A stretch of DNA of 64,000 nucleotides from Chiloscyllium plagiosum (lineage: Eukaryota). The notes beneath the pieces are model-generated. The model did no database searches, was not told where the DNA came from, and saw nothing but the letters and a program-made list of their open reading frames with translations. Position numbers and translations under genes: made by a program. The stretch covers positions 8,476,494 to 8,540,493 of the forward strand of contig NC_057718.1 of NCBI RefSeq assembly GCF_004010195.1. Reading direction: 5' to 3'. This document shows, piece after piece, positions 1 through 12,718 of this stretch; within the stretch, counting starts at the first letter, position 1; each line of letters starts with the position of its first letter.

Positions 1-114
1 ATTATGTTTCTGTCATTAACGTTTATTATACAGTTCATATAAACAGAGAAATGTGAAAAGTGCAGGGGGCTGCTTACTTCCTCTCATCTATACTCACTCT
101 TCAGATTTATTGAT

Positions 115-1010
115 TGGAGTCATACTTAGCACAGATGTTGTGGTTGTTGGAGGCTAATCACTTCTACTCCAGGACATCTCTGTCAGAGTTTCTCAGAGTT
201 CTGTCCTAAGTCCAACCACCTTCAGTTTATTCACCAAGGACCTTTTACCCTGTCATATGGTCAGATATGGGGATGTTTATCAATGACCGCACGGTGATCA
301 GAATTTGTGACTCCTCAGATACTGAAGAAATTCAGCTCCAAATACAGAAATACCTGGGAAACATCCAGGCTTGGGCTTACAGTTGACTTATAACATTTCT
401 ACTATACAAGTGCTGGGCGATGACCACCTCCAACAAAAAAGATTCCAACCATCACCCCTTGACATTCAATGATATTATCATCGCTGAACTATCAACATCC
501 TGGAGTTGCTATTGAATTGAAACTGAATTGGTATATCATATAACTACAGATATTATAAGGGGAGGTCAGAGGCTAGGAATCCTGCAGTGAGTAGCTCACC
601 TCCTGACTCCCTAAACCTTGCCCACCATCTACAAGGCACAAGTCAGGAGTATGATGGAATACTCCCCACTTGACTGGATGGGTGCAGCTCCAATGACACT
701 CGAGAAACGAGACACCATCCGGGAAAAAATAGCCCATTTTCATGACACCCCATCCACCAACCTAAGTATTCACATCCTCTACCACCGATGCACAATAACA
801 ACACTGTGTACTAAATATGATGTGGGCTGCAGGAACTCATCAAGGGTCTTCAAGAGCACTTCTCAAACCCACAACCTCTACCCTCTAGGAGAACAAAAGA
901 ATAATTACACCAGATGGATTGCATTGGTTCAAGAATTAGTTCACCATCTTCCCAAGGAACTTCTGAATGCTGATTAAGGATGAGCAATAGCTGGCCATCC
1001 CAGCAATATC
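115..1010 (+). mobile_element. CR1-group non-LTR retrotransposon 3' fragment (old family, distinct from HER1)
   Basis: ORF 618..977 TIYKAQVRSMMEYSPLDW resembles the C-terminal part of a LINE ORF2. Homologous decayed copies recur at 2597, 4525, 11205, 42200 and 44690. Confidence 0.75.
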
Positions 1011-2164
1011 TACAGTACAGACAGACCATTAAACATCTAATTAGTACCATTCACTGTTTATAATTACCATAGCTTTGACTTCCTTCTTTATGAATTTCTA
1101 GCTCCAAATATCAATATGACAGGTCATTCATAAATGACCGTAATGTGTGGACAAGTGCAGAAACTGGTTACATCAGTTACAGTCTGTCGTCATTTTAATC
1201 ACTGGGGCATGACCATTTTCAGACCAAATCTGCATTGCCAGAGACATAGATTCCATAGAAAAAACTGCAAAAGGTAAGGACAGAATATATCAAGGAATGT
1301 GTCTATAACCCGGTCCATTTTTGCAAACATGCAACTTGAGAAGATGGAAACACACGCACGCACAGAAATAGTTGCTCACTAGAGATAACTACAGCAAAAT
1401 AAGAACACTCTTCCATCTTCACTTTAGAATATTAAGAAATTTGAGAACACTCCTAGAATCCCATTTGGAATACGGATGCAACTTTTCTCCCAGTGGATCA
1501 TCTCAGAGTATGAACTATACCTCCACCTCCTGTTTCCCAGCAACACCGCCTATTGTCATGTCAATCCTCACCTTAGCTCCGATTCCACATCAAACAAGTG
1601 AATTAAATCCCAATTACGTTTTATACATTTCTGTGTCTGATCCTCTGTAACAGTCTTTTCAAATTATGCAGGTTAATGGAACGGAGAAGTACATTGAGCC
1701 CTCTGATTTATTTGCCTCTTATTTTAATGTCTGTCTTGTGCAAAATCTAAACTGCTTTTAATAAAACCAGAGAGCGCAGGAATTGCACAGTAAGTCCATT
1801 AGTGCTGGGTTAGGTACAGAACCAATTCTGATAAAGGGGCTTATATGTTGATATAATTGAAACATTAATCTGTTGTTCCCCATTTTGATGCTGGCATGCT
1901 GAGTACATTCAGCATTTTCTCTCTGGATTTTAGATACCCAGAATCTGTGGTTTATTAAAATTAAATCAGTCTCATTTGTGATTTAGTCTAATAGAATATG
2001 AATAATTTAGCCTCCATTTCCTCATTATTAAATTGTATCATACTAACAATTTTTATAAGGTTACAGCACAGAAAACAAGGCATTGATGCAGCTTGCACGG
2101 GTCAGAAATAAAAATGGGATTTAGTTTTAAACATTCATGAGTTGTGGAGCCCATCCCAAGTTAT

Positions 2165-2597
2165 GGGTGCCACAGTGGCTCAGTGCTTAGCAATGCTGCC
2201 TCACAGAACCAGGGACCCGGGTTCAATTCCAGCCTCAGGTGACTGTCTGTGTGGAGTTTGCACATCCTTCCTATGCCTGTGTGAGTTTACTATGGTTTCT
2301 TCCCAGAGTTGAAAAATGTGTTGCTGGAAAAGCACAGCAGGTCAGGTAGCATCCAAGGAGGAGAAGAATCAACATTTTGGACATAAGCCCTTCTTCAGGA
2401 ATGAGGAGGGTCAATCTTCTCAGAGTTCAGAGATGTGCAGGTTAGATAGACTGGCCATGCTAAATTGCCCTTAGCATCCACACTAGATAGGTTAGCCATG
2501 GGAACAGGGATAGGAAAAGGGCTTAGTCTTGGTGGGATGCTCTTTGGAAGGTCAATGTGGATCGAATGGCATACTTCCACACTGTAGAGATTCTAAT
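2165..2597 (+). mobile_element. HE1/V-SINE with a PLE terminal-repeat fragment inserted at ~2305-2410
   Basis: tRNA-like head (A box gtggctcagtg, B box ggttcaattcc) and V core ctgtgtggagtttgcaca. Confidence 0.85.
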
Positions 2598-3205
2598 TGC
2601 CCTTGAGAAGATTATGGTGAGCTGCCCATCTTGAACATTTGCAGTCCATGGCAGCTAGTGACACTCACAGTGCTGTCAGCAAGTTCCTGAATTTTGACTC
2701 AATGACAAATGAAAGAATGACGATACAGATCCAAGTTAGGATGCTGCGTGACTTGGAAGGGAAATTGTAGCTGGTGACACATTCGAGCATCAGCTGCCCC
2801 CAACTTTCCAGGAGGTAGAGGTCACGGGTTTGAAATCCACTGCCAAAATACACTTGGTGAGTCACTGCAGTGCATCTTTGTCAATGGTGCTGCCACTGAC
2901 TCATTACCTGTAGATGGTAGATAGGTTTTGGTGAGTCAGGAGCTAAGTTACTCAGTGCAGAATTTATGTCTTTATTGCCATGGTATTTATGTGGCTGGTC
3001 CAGCTCAGGTTTGGTCCATGGTAACCCCAGGTTGTTGGCAGTGATGGATTCAGTTATTGTAATGCCATTGAATGCCATGGGGAAATGGATATATTCTCTC
3101 TCATTGACAATACTCAATGCCTGACATTTGTGTGCTGCCAATTTTATTTGCCACTGAAGAGCCCAAATCTGGACGATGTCCATATCTTGCTGCATATGGG
3201 TACAG
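2597..3205 (-). mobile_element. CR1-group LINE 3' fragment (same family as 115-1010)
   Basis: Reverse-complement similarity to 115-1010; ORF 2881..3195 QQDMDIVQIWALQWQI. Confidence 0.7.
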
Positions 3206-3229
3206 ACTGGAAGTGCTCAGTGAGTTAGA

Positions 3230-3950
3230 CAGAATCTACAGTGAGAGAGACGGAGGTTGGGATAATGGCAGGATGTAACCAGTAGTGCCCCACAAAGATC
3301 TGTGTTAGGGTCACAATTATTCACTTTATTTATTAACCACTTGAATAATGAAATAGAAAGTCATAACTCGAAATTTAGTAATGACACAAAGTTAGGGGCA
3401 TTGCAGACAATGTCAATGATTTATAAATTTATAAATGATGTATACATTTATAAATGATGTATAAATTTACAAAAGGTTATTGGTTGACTAAGTGAATAGG
3501 CAAAACTGTGGTAAATGGGGTTCAGGAGTAAGTAAGTGTGAGATTATCTATTTTGAACCGAAAAACGATCAATCAGGGTACTTTCTAAATGATGCGAAGT
3601 TAAACATTGTGGCTGTCAAAAGAGACTTGGGCATTCTGGTTCTTGGCGTGGCACGGTGGCTCAGTGGTTAGCACTGCTGCCTCACAGCACAGGGACCTTG
3701 GGTTCAGTTCTAGCCTTGGTTGATCAGCTGTGTGGAGTTTGTACATTGTTTCTGTATCTGTGTGGGTTCCCTCTCACAGGAAATCACTGGCCAGTCAATC
3801 CAATCTCAATGGTGGGGAGCTATTGGAAGCAACTCTGAGGAACAGAATTAATCTGCATTTAGAGAAGCAGGGATTACTTAAGAACAGTCAGGGTAGTTCT
3901 GTTAAAGGAAGGTCATGAGAGACCAACTTGATTGGATTTTTCAAAAAGGT
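3230..3950 (+). mobile_element. Old CR1 RT fragments with a V-SINE 5' half at ~3646-3775
   Basis: Decayed equivalents of GVPQGSVLG / FADDTK coding sequence; SINE head gtggcacggtggctcagtggttagcactgctgcc. Confidence 0.65.
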
Positions 3951-4524
3951 CAGTTACAGGTACAGATCTGTTTGACTAAACGTACTTTACTGGGACTGAG
4001 GTAGGTGGGATTTAATGTGATTACTGTAGATATGGTAATTAATGTATACAATAGTTTCAGAGAATCCAAGGGACACAGAGAACCCTCAATGGAGACAGGT
4101 CCATCCCTCAAAGCTCCACACAATGTCACCATTGTCCAAAGGAATCAAGCAGTTAATGTAACCACAAGATTGTAAGAAATCAGCTCTGGAATAATTCTAG
4201 GCAGCTGCATGTTGATTTTAAATTATTAAGTGAGGTTCCAATCCAAAATTAATCATGCATTTATAAAAGCCTCAGTCAGTGACCTCAGTTATAATTTAGT
4301 AACCAATTAATACTAAATCATATGACACAGCAGTGGTCATTTTACTATTTGAATCTCTGGGTGACCCTGTCTATGTTTATATTTCCTAATTGGTTGTTAG
4401 TTTATTGTATTCACAACAGGTGCTAGAATTTGACTAGTGTCAGAAATCTCTGATTTGTTATTGTTATGCAATAATATGAAGAATGAGAGTAAGCATTCAT
4501 TTATCTGATTATCCAAGTGTTGTT

Positions 4525-6030
4525 TATTCATTTTTCGGATGTGGGTGTTGCTGGTTGGGTCAGCCCTTGTTGTCCCTCCCTAGTTGCCCCTGAGAAGGTG
4601 ATGGTGAGCTGCCCTCCTTAACCACTACGGTCCATTTGATATATGTACATCAACAATGCAGAAAGGTGAAAATCTCAGGAACGTGACACTGAAGTAATTG
4701 CGATATATTTCCAAGTCAGGATGGTGAGTGGTTTGGACAGGAACTTGCAAATGGGTGCTGTTCCCATGTATCTACTCCCCCTGTGGTCATGGATTTGGAT
4801 GGTGCTGTCCAAGGAGCCTTGGTGAATTTCTACAGTGCATCTTGTCTCTAATACACACTGCTGTGACTGAGCATCTGTGGTGGAGGGAGCGGATGTTTGT
4901 GGATGTGATGTCATTCAGACAGACTGCTGGATGGTGTCAAGTTTCTTGAGTGTTTTGCTGAAGCTGCACTCATCCAGACAAGTGGGAGTATTCCATCACA
5001 CTCCTGACTTGTACCTTGTCGATGATGGACAGGAGAAAGTGAGGACTGCAGATACTGGAGATCAGAGCTGAAAATGTGTTGCTGGAAAAGCGCAGCAAGT
5101 CAGGCAGCATCCAAGGAGCAGGAGAATTGACGTTTCGGGCATGAGCCCTTGGGGAGTCAGGAAGTGATTTCCTTCCTGCAGGAATTGTAGTCTCTGACTT
5201 GCTGTCATAGCCATTTCCCCTCCCCCCGCCTTGTCTCAGTCAAATCCCTCAAACTCAACACCACCTTCCTAACCTGCAATCTTCTTTCTGACCTCTCCGC
5301 CCCCACCCCCACTCTGGCCTATCACCCTCACCTTAACTTCCTTCCACCTATCGCATTTCCAACGCCCCTCCCCAAGTCCCTCCTCCCTACCTTTTATCTT
5401 AGCCTGCTGGACACACTTTCCTCATTCTTGAAGAAGGGCTCATGCCCGAAACGTCGATTCTCCTGCTCCTTGGATGCTGCCTGACCTGCTGTGCTTTTCC
5501 AGCAACACATTTTCAGCTATTTACATGGTGAGTCCAGTTCAGTTTCTGTTTAATGATAACTCCAGGATGTTGATACTGGGGCATTCAGCAACAGTAATAC
5601 CCTTGAATGTCTGGGGGTGATAGTTCAATTCTCTCTTGTTGGAGATAGTTATTGCCTGGCAAGTATGTAATTTGCCATCTTTCAGCCCAATCCTGGATAT
5701 TGTCCAAGTCTTGTTGCATTTGGACATGGGGTGTTTCAGTGTCTGACGATTGTGAATGGTGCTGAACACTGTACCATCAGTAGCAAACATTCCCATTTAT
5801 GACTTTATGATGGAGGGAAAAGTTATTGATAACACAGGTGGTTGAGACTGAGATGAAACTCTAAAGATGTCATGCAGAGACGTCCTAGAGTTGAGATGAT
5901 TAACCTTGACCAATCTGAACCATCTTCCTATGTACCAGCTCTGACTCCTACCAGCAGGGATTCCCATTGATTCGGTTTTACGTGGGGCTCCTTGATCAAA
6001 ATGCAGCCTAAATATCAGGGGCGGTCATTA
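4525..6030 (-). mobile_element. CR1-group LINE 3' fragment interrupted by two PLE terminal repeats (~5030-5150 minus, ~5214-5518 plus)
   Basis: Host sequence resumes after each insert; the inserts match the element at 29129-29337. Confidence 0.75.
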
Positions 6031-6504
6031 TCAAGGATCAGTCGCTCTGAGTTTGGTCATTAAACCCAGAGACAGTCCGTTCACAGAGAACGTCAATTAA
6101 TGCTTTCTTGTTCTTCTTCATTCAGAATTTCAGCAATGCAGGTCCCAGTATTTTACTGGCTCTTCCATGTTATAAGAGAGGATCAGCTGTGTAAATAAGA
6201 ACTCTCTCAGAGTGCACAGATTGGCTATAAATCACATTGTGCATTTCTGATTATCCCTCGCATGTTCTGTAAACAGAATTGAAATTTTTTTTTCACATAA
6301 TAACAGAATAAATCTGATCATTATTGTGAAAGAACATGTGAAGCTGGTTCCCGTAGTGTTCAACTTTTGGAACTTTGATCTGCGTTTTGAATTTTAAGAT
6401 CAGCAAACAAAGAAGGAGGCTAGTTGGCCCATCGAGCTTATGCTGGCTTCTGAAGGAGATATTGATGCAGCCCCATATTGATTTTTCTTCATTATCCTTT
6501 TAGG

Positions 6505-6822
6505 GTCACAGAATCCCTACAATGTGGTGACAGGCCATTCAGCCCACTGAGTCCACACCAATCCTCTGAACAGCATCCCACCCAGTCCCAAAATCCCCCC
6601 ATCCAACCCTCGTAACCCTGCATTATCTACCTAATCTGCACATCCCTGGGCACTATAGCTCAGCCAATTCACGTAACTTGCACAGCTTTGGACTGGAGGA
6701 AGAAACCAGACAGACATGGGGAGAATGTGCAAACTCCACACAGAAAGTCACCTGAATTTGGAATTGACCCTGGGTCCCTCATGTTGTGAGGCAGCATGGC
6801 TAACAACTAAGCCACTGTGCTG
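6505..6822 (-). mobile_element. HE1/V-SINE
   Basis: Reverse complement of the V core (tgtgcaaactccacacag) and of the tRNA-like head. Confidence 0.85.
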
Positions 6823-7842
6823 ACGTTTCAAGTCAGAATGTTGTCATTGACTCTGATTCCACTCCACTTGAGGTGACCCAAGCACAATAACTGGTTGCAC
6901 CAAAATTTAAGCCTTCCACAAGACATTGTCCATTTGCCAAATATTTTCAATTTGTGGCATCTGTTGCCTTCACTTCCTACCCAGAAAAACACTCCATCAT
7001 TATTTAATTCATCAAAGCCCTCCAGCAATTTGAGCATCTCTATTAAATCTTCTCTTTGCTCTCAGGAAGACTTGCCCAGCTTCTCCAGTCTCTCCTGCCT
7101 ACTGACACCCCTCACCATGGGTAGAATATTCTAGTATATTCCTTCCGCAAGAACCTCCCTCACATGTGGTGACCAGAATTTGGCAGCTTTCCAAATAGAT
7201 AAAATTGTCATTTTAACCTTCCGTTGCATAGCAACTGCTATTGAGGAAGGTGCCCTCAAACACTGTATACACATTACATCATAAAACAAACAGTATACAC
7301 CTCGGAGGGCTTTACACACTTGTTTTATGGAAGGTAAATCTTGGCTTAATGCAGAAGGCAGGCGGCTCATTCCTCTTCAAGCTGTTCCGTTTTCCTGATT
7401 ACAACTGCTGTTCCAACGACCAATTTAACTAACTGCAGGCAGTAAATCGAAATATAAATCATTGGCAAATTGTACCGCAATGTTTGGGCAGGAGATAATT
7501 TTAATTACCCTGCATCAACCATCTACTTGACTCTGTTGGGTGCAACACATCAACCTTACTCCAGGAAAGCTCAGCTTACTAAATACATACTTATTAAATA
7601 CTTGATTGTTTGGACTTCGTTAACATTTGAAAATTTGTAGACAGAATGAGATTCTCTGAGGAAATATCAATAATTCAGAGGGTCCTGAGCTTGGCTTAAG
7701 GAGGGGAAAGTTATATAAATTGAGAAACAGATAGGTAAGTCCAAACCTGGGATATCGAAGGGCTGTAGTGTATATGAAGAAGATTGACTACTACCCCCCC
7801 CCCCCAACACCCCTCAAAGGGCAACTAGAATTGTGCAATAAA

Positions 7843-8297
7843 TAGGCAAAAGTGAGGACTGCAGATGCTGGAAATCAGAGTCTAGATTAGGGTGGTGCTG
7901 GAAAAGTACAGCAGGTCAGGCAGCATCCGAGGAGCAGGAAAATCGATGTTTCGGGCAAAAGCCCTTCATCAGGAATGAGGCAGAGAGCCTCCGGGGTGGA
8001 GAGATAAATGGGAGAGGGGTGGGGCTGGGGAGAAGGTAGCAAAGAGTGCAATAGCTGGATGGGGGTGGGGATGAGGGTGGTAGGTCGGAGAGGAGGGTGG
8101 AGCGAATAGGTGGGAAGGGTGGTTGGCAGGTGGGACAGGTCATGAGGATGGTGCTGAGCTGGAAGGTTGGAACTGGGGTAAGGTGGGGGGAGGGGAAATG
8201 AGGAAACTGGTGTAGTCCACATTGATGCCCTGGGGTTGAAGTGTTCCGAGGCAGAAGCTGAGGCGTTCTTCCTCCAGGCTTCAGGTGGTGAGGGAAT
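7843..8297 (-). mobile_element. Penelope-like element 3' end (family A) with hammerhead-like core at 7941-7976
   Basis: Minus strand encodes the endonuclease C-terminus (LEEERL), then a C-rich UTR and CTGATGAagggcttttgcccGAAAcatc. Confidence 0.8.
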
Positions 8298-8431
8298 AGT
8301 AGTGCAATAAATACCCAATTGTAGCCCAGAACAAAATATAAGCTTGCAGAAGGGGAGGCTCAGGGAGATAAGAAATAGATTAGAATTGCAGGTGAAATAA
8401 ATAAGCTAGAAATCTAAGAGAAATCAAGATG

Positions 8432-8540
8432 GGGGGTTTCCTTGTGGTGCGGTAGTAGTGCCCCTACCTGTGAACCAGGAGATATGGGTTTGCATCCCAC
8501 CTGCTCCAAAGGTGTCTCTGAACAAGTTGATCATAAAACG
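8432..8540 (+). mobile_element. Short (~110 bp) tRNA-derived SINE; second copy at ~33565-33670 (minus)
   Basis: A/B-box-like motifs; both copies share cctgctcca.aggtgt...tgaaca.gttg.tc. Confidence 0.55.
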
Positions 8541-8915
8541 TCAAGAGACATCAAGGATGATGAAAAATTGATCCCACCAAGCCTTGTCATTCAGGAACAA
8601 AAGCAAAGCATTGCAGATGTTGGGGAATCTGAAATAAAACCCCAAAATGCTCAAAACAGTGAGTTGTCCGGTTCCCTTTGTGAAGTGAGAAGAGCAGTCA
8701 AAGACCTGTCACCGAAAAGTTCTGGTCACGGACCTGAAGGTAAATCTATTGTTGCCCTACACCAATGCTACCTGACCCATTGACTGAATCCCACAACTTT
8801 TGCTTTTATTTGTTTTCCTAGTGGTTTGACTCTTCCATTCCAATACCCAATCATGTTTTGTAAGATCCGGGTCTCTCCTTCCTGTTTGGCAGATTGTTTC
8901 ATTGTTTCCAAAATT

Positions 8916-9645
8916 ATTGGTCAGAGTATTGAGTACAGGAGTTGGGAGGTCATGTTGTGGCTGTACAGGACACTGGTTAGGCCACTTTTGGATAACTGTG
9001 TGCATTCTGGTCTCCCTCCTATAGGAAGGATATTGTGAAACTTAAAAGGGTTCAGAAAGGATTTACAAGGATGTTGCCAGGGTTGGAGGGTTTGAGCTGT
9101 ATGGAGAGACTAAATAGGCTGGGGCTGTTTTCTCTGGAGCATCAGAGGCTAAGGGGTGACCTTATAGAGGTTTATAAAATCATGAGGGGCATGGATAGGG
9201 TAAATAGACAAGGTCTTTTCCCTGGGCTGGGGGAGTCCAGAACTAGAGAGCATAGGTTTAGGGTGAGAGGGGAAATCTATAAAAGGGACATAAGGGACAA
9301 CAGTTTTCATGCAGAGAGTGGCGTGTGTATGCAATCAGCTGCCAGACGAAATGTTGGAGGCTGGTGTAACTATTACATTTAAAAGGCATCTGGATGAGTA
9401 TATGAATAGGAAGGGTTTAGAGCAATATGGGCCAAGTGCTGCTAAATGGGACGAAATTCGGTTGGAATTTCTGGTCCTGATGAAGAGCTTATGCTCAAAA
9501 CATCAACTCTCCTGCTCCTCGGATACTGCCTGACCGGCTGTGCTTTTCCAGCGCCACACTTTCTGATTAGGATATCTGGTTGGTATGGATGAGTTGGACA
9601 AAATGGTCTGTTTCCATGTCTTACATCTCTATGACCATGAATCTA
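8916..9645 (+). mobile_element. CR1/HER1 LINE 3' end with a PLE insert at ~9475-9563
   Basis: ORFs LYRTLVRPLL and RVQKGFTRMLPGLEGLS...RLRGDLIEVYKIM; ctatga-type tail. Confidence 0.9.
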
Positions 9646-10594
9646 TGCAAAACAATTTTTCACCGTTACAGTACTGAGCTGTTATGTTTTCTGTTTGTAT
9701 GCAATGTAGGAAGCATACTGAGTCTTGGTTTCAGCTCAATTAGGATGCAGTGAGCACAGAGGATGATATGTTTGTTACTTAGGAGGAGCAAGAGAGTGAG
9801 TTCAATGGAATCTTGAATAGAATTTGCAAGAATAGTTAGAAAGAAGGATATGAGGGACAGATTGCATTGCAGAGAATGCCAGTGGGAAGCTACCAGACTG
9901 GTTTTGACTTCAGTATTTGAGTGACCCTCACACAATGGAGTGAGAGGGAATTAACTATCACTCTGATGTCAGTGAAACCAAGAATCCTTAGCACATACAA
10001 TCAGGTGACTTGCCATAGGCCTGATACTAGACTAGTTTATAAACCTGTGTCCTTTTATTCTGTGCTTCCTACATTGCCATGTTGACTGCACTTCTGAGAC
10101 ATTTCATAGAAATACTTCAGCACAAAGGAGAGCCATTTAACCTGACAAACCCCGGTTAGCTCTGTTCATGGGCAACGTCATTGGACACAGACTGCAATGC
10201 TGAGATTTCCTTGCAACCCTGCAGTTTTTTTCCCTTTTATATCCCTATCCAATTGTTTTTGGAAAGTAATGATTGAATCTGCCTCTACCACACTTCTGGA
10301 TAGTGCAATCCACAGCTTAGCCACTCACTGCAACAAAAAGGTTTGGTCTTGTGTTATCAATATTGCCAATCAGTTTCACAGCATCCTTCCTATATCAGGG
10401 AGACCAGAATTTCACACAAGAGTAGCCTAACCAGTATCCTGTACAGCTGCAACATGACCTCACAAATCCTATACTAATGTTCTTGAGCCTGGTGCTAATG
10501 GGAGTGGCTTGTCTCAGACTAACCTGTTGAGACCCCTCGCGATCTTCTAGGAGAAAGTGAGGACTGCAGAACCCCTCACGATCTTGCCTATAAA

Positions 10595-10920
10595 GGGTGG
10601 CACGGTGGCTCAGTGGCAAGCACTGCTGCCTCTCAGCACCAGGGACCTGGGTTTAATTCCACCCCCAGGTGACTACTTGTGTGGAGTTTGCACATTCTCC
10701 CCGTGTCTGTGGTTTCCTCTGGGTAGTCTGGTTTTCTCTACAGTCAAAGAATGTGAAGGTTAGATGGGTTGGCCATGCCAAATGGTTCAGAGATGTGAAA
10801 ACTAGGTGGATTAGCCATGAGAAATGCAGAGTTACAGGGATAGATCTGTGTGCGATGCTTTTTGGAGGGTTGATGTGGGCTGAAATGCCTCCTTCCACAC
10901 TGTAGGTAATCTATGATTCT
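10595..10920 (+). mobile_element. HE1/V-SINE
   Basis: tRNA-like head, V core, tail ccacactgtagg...ctatgattct. Confidence 0.85.
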
Positions 10921-11422
10921 ATTAAAGACATGTCCTTTATCCATCAAAGGTTAAGCTTGAGGAATAAGAAAGTGAAATAACCTTACAAAAGAAGGTGATT
11001 TCATTCCCATTAAAACCTATTTTATATTCAATGAGAAAGGAGGAAATGTTGAAAGCTTAATATTTGAGAGGCTTGGAAGTGGAAAAGCGTTGAGATCAAA
11101 GGCCCTAATCTGATTACATGATTCACTGATACTTTTAAAGGACTTAAAAATATGACATGAAAGCTGCTGAATATACTTCAGACATGGACTAACCACGTTT
11201 AGTGTAGAACTTTCCCAAGTGATGATCACTGACACGATGTGGCATTTGCCACCTCTAGTAACACTAAAGTTGCCATTGTTACTCACAGCTCATGGACTGC
11301 AATGGTTTGAGAAGGCAGCTCACCACCACTTCTCAAGGTGGAATTAGAGATGGGCAATGCATGCTGACCCAGCCAGCGAAGCCCATTTCCCATGAGAGAA
11401 TATTTTAAAATATCTTCAATGA

Positions 11423-11602
11423 CCATGGGGCTGCTGTCTCATTAGAAAGGGGCAACTAGCATTGGTTTAACCTGAGGGACACCATGGCTCAGACGAGGGG
11501 AGAGATTGAGAAAGAGCATACTTTGCAGTAACCTCAGTAGGTGTAAGAATTCAGCCCCTTCGTCTACAATGCAAACCCAGCTGTTCATCCAACTATCCAA
11601 GC
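11423..11602 (-). mobile_element. tRNA-derived SINE family with an internal cctgagg...cctcagg hairpin (other copies 13478-13652, 22622-22790, partial ~39420-39610)
   Basis: Shared ggtttaacctgagggtcacc...ctcag...gaggggaga.gttgagaa; B-box-like ggttcaattc on the minus strand in the better-preserved copies. Confidence 0.6.
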
Positions 11603-11841
11603 AAACCCTCTTGCTGTCTCTGCCAGCCAATGGTACTAGGTAAGGGCTGTTTGATGTGATCTGCAATCATCAATTCTCCTTTGTCTTTGCTTTGACTTTG
11701 GCCTGTCTAATGATAATTGGATGAGGATGCACTACTATACAGTATTGACAGAAGAGACTGTCCTTAGGTAACAGGAATGTTTGTTGCATGATGATAGCAA
11801 TGAGTACAACTACATCTGGTATGATGTATAATGACTAGGAC

Positions 11842-12341
11842 NNNNNNNNNNNNNNNNNNNNNNNNNNNNNNNNNNNNNNNNNNNNNNNNNNNNNNNNNNN
11901 NNNNNNNNNNNNNNNNNNNNNNNNNNNNNNNNNNNNNNNNNNNNNNNNNNNNNNNNNNNNNNNNNNNNNNNNNNNNNNNNNNNNNNNNNNNNNNNNNNNN
12001 NNNNNNNNNNNNNNNNNNNNNNNNNNNNNNNNNNNNNNNNNNNNNNNNNNNNNNNNNNNNNNNNNNNNNNNNNNNNNNNNNNNNNNNNNNNNNNNNNNNN
12101 NNNNNNNNNNNNNNNNNNNNNNNNNNNNNNNNNNNNNNNNNNNNNNNNNNNNNNNNNNNNNNNNNNNNNNNNNNNNNNNNNNNNNNNNNNNNNNNNNNNN
12201 NNNNNNNNNNNNNNNNNNNNNNNNNNNNNNNNNNNNNNNNNNNNNNNNNNNNNNNNNNNNNNNNNNNNNNNNNNNNNNNNNNNNNNNNNNNNNNNNNNNN
12301 NNNNNNNNNNNNNNNNNNNNNNNNNNNNNNNNNNNNNNNNN
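11842..12341. other. Assembly gap (500 N)
   Basis: Run of N. Confidence 1.
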
Positions 12342-12560
12342 TTTCTGCGTGAAGTCTGCATGCTCTCCCCATGTCTGCGTGGGTTTCCTCTGAGTGCTCC
12401 ACTTTCCTCACACAGTCAACAGACGTGCAGGTTAGATGGAGTGGCCATGGGAAATTCAGTGTTGCAGGTCTGGGTGGGATGCTCTTCGGAGGGTCAGTGT
12501 GGACACGGTGGGCCAAATGGCCTGCTCCCACACTGTCAGGATCCTACGATTTTATGACTG
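12342..12560 (+). mobile_element. HE1/V-SINE 3' part (cut by the gap)
   Basis: V core and tail. Confidence 0.8.
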
Positions 12561-12610
12561 TGTGTCAGCAGACAAGGGAGTGAATGTCGAAGATGACATG
12601 AGGTGGAAAG

Positions 12611-12718
12611 TTAAAAATCACACAACATCAGGTTATCGTCCAACAGGTTTATTTGGAAGCACAAGCTTTCAGAGCACTGCTCCTTCGTCAGGCATCACAA
12701 CCACCGGCATCTCCAAAT
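12611..12718. mobile_element. Mini PLE insertion (family B) with 14-bp TSD
   Basis: Flanks catgaggtggaaag (12597-12610) and catgaagtggaaag (12719-12732); hammerhead core on the minus strand at 12660-12693. Confidence 0.75.

Noticed and set aside
10116..10132. REST/NRSE-like motif ttcagcacaaaggagag in a neuronal gene intron
   Set aside because: It mismatches a core C and sits in what looks like a decayed CR1 3' tail.
11764..12531. Long ORFs across the N runs (also 25259-25870)
   Set aside because: Artefacts of assembly gaps.
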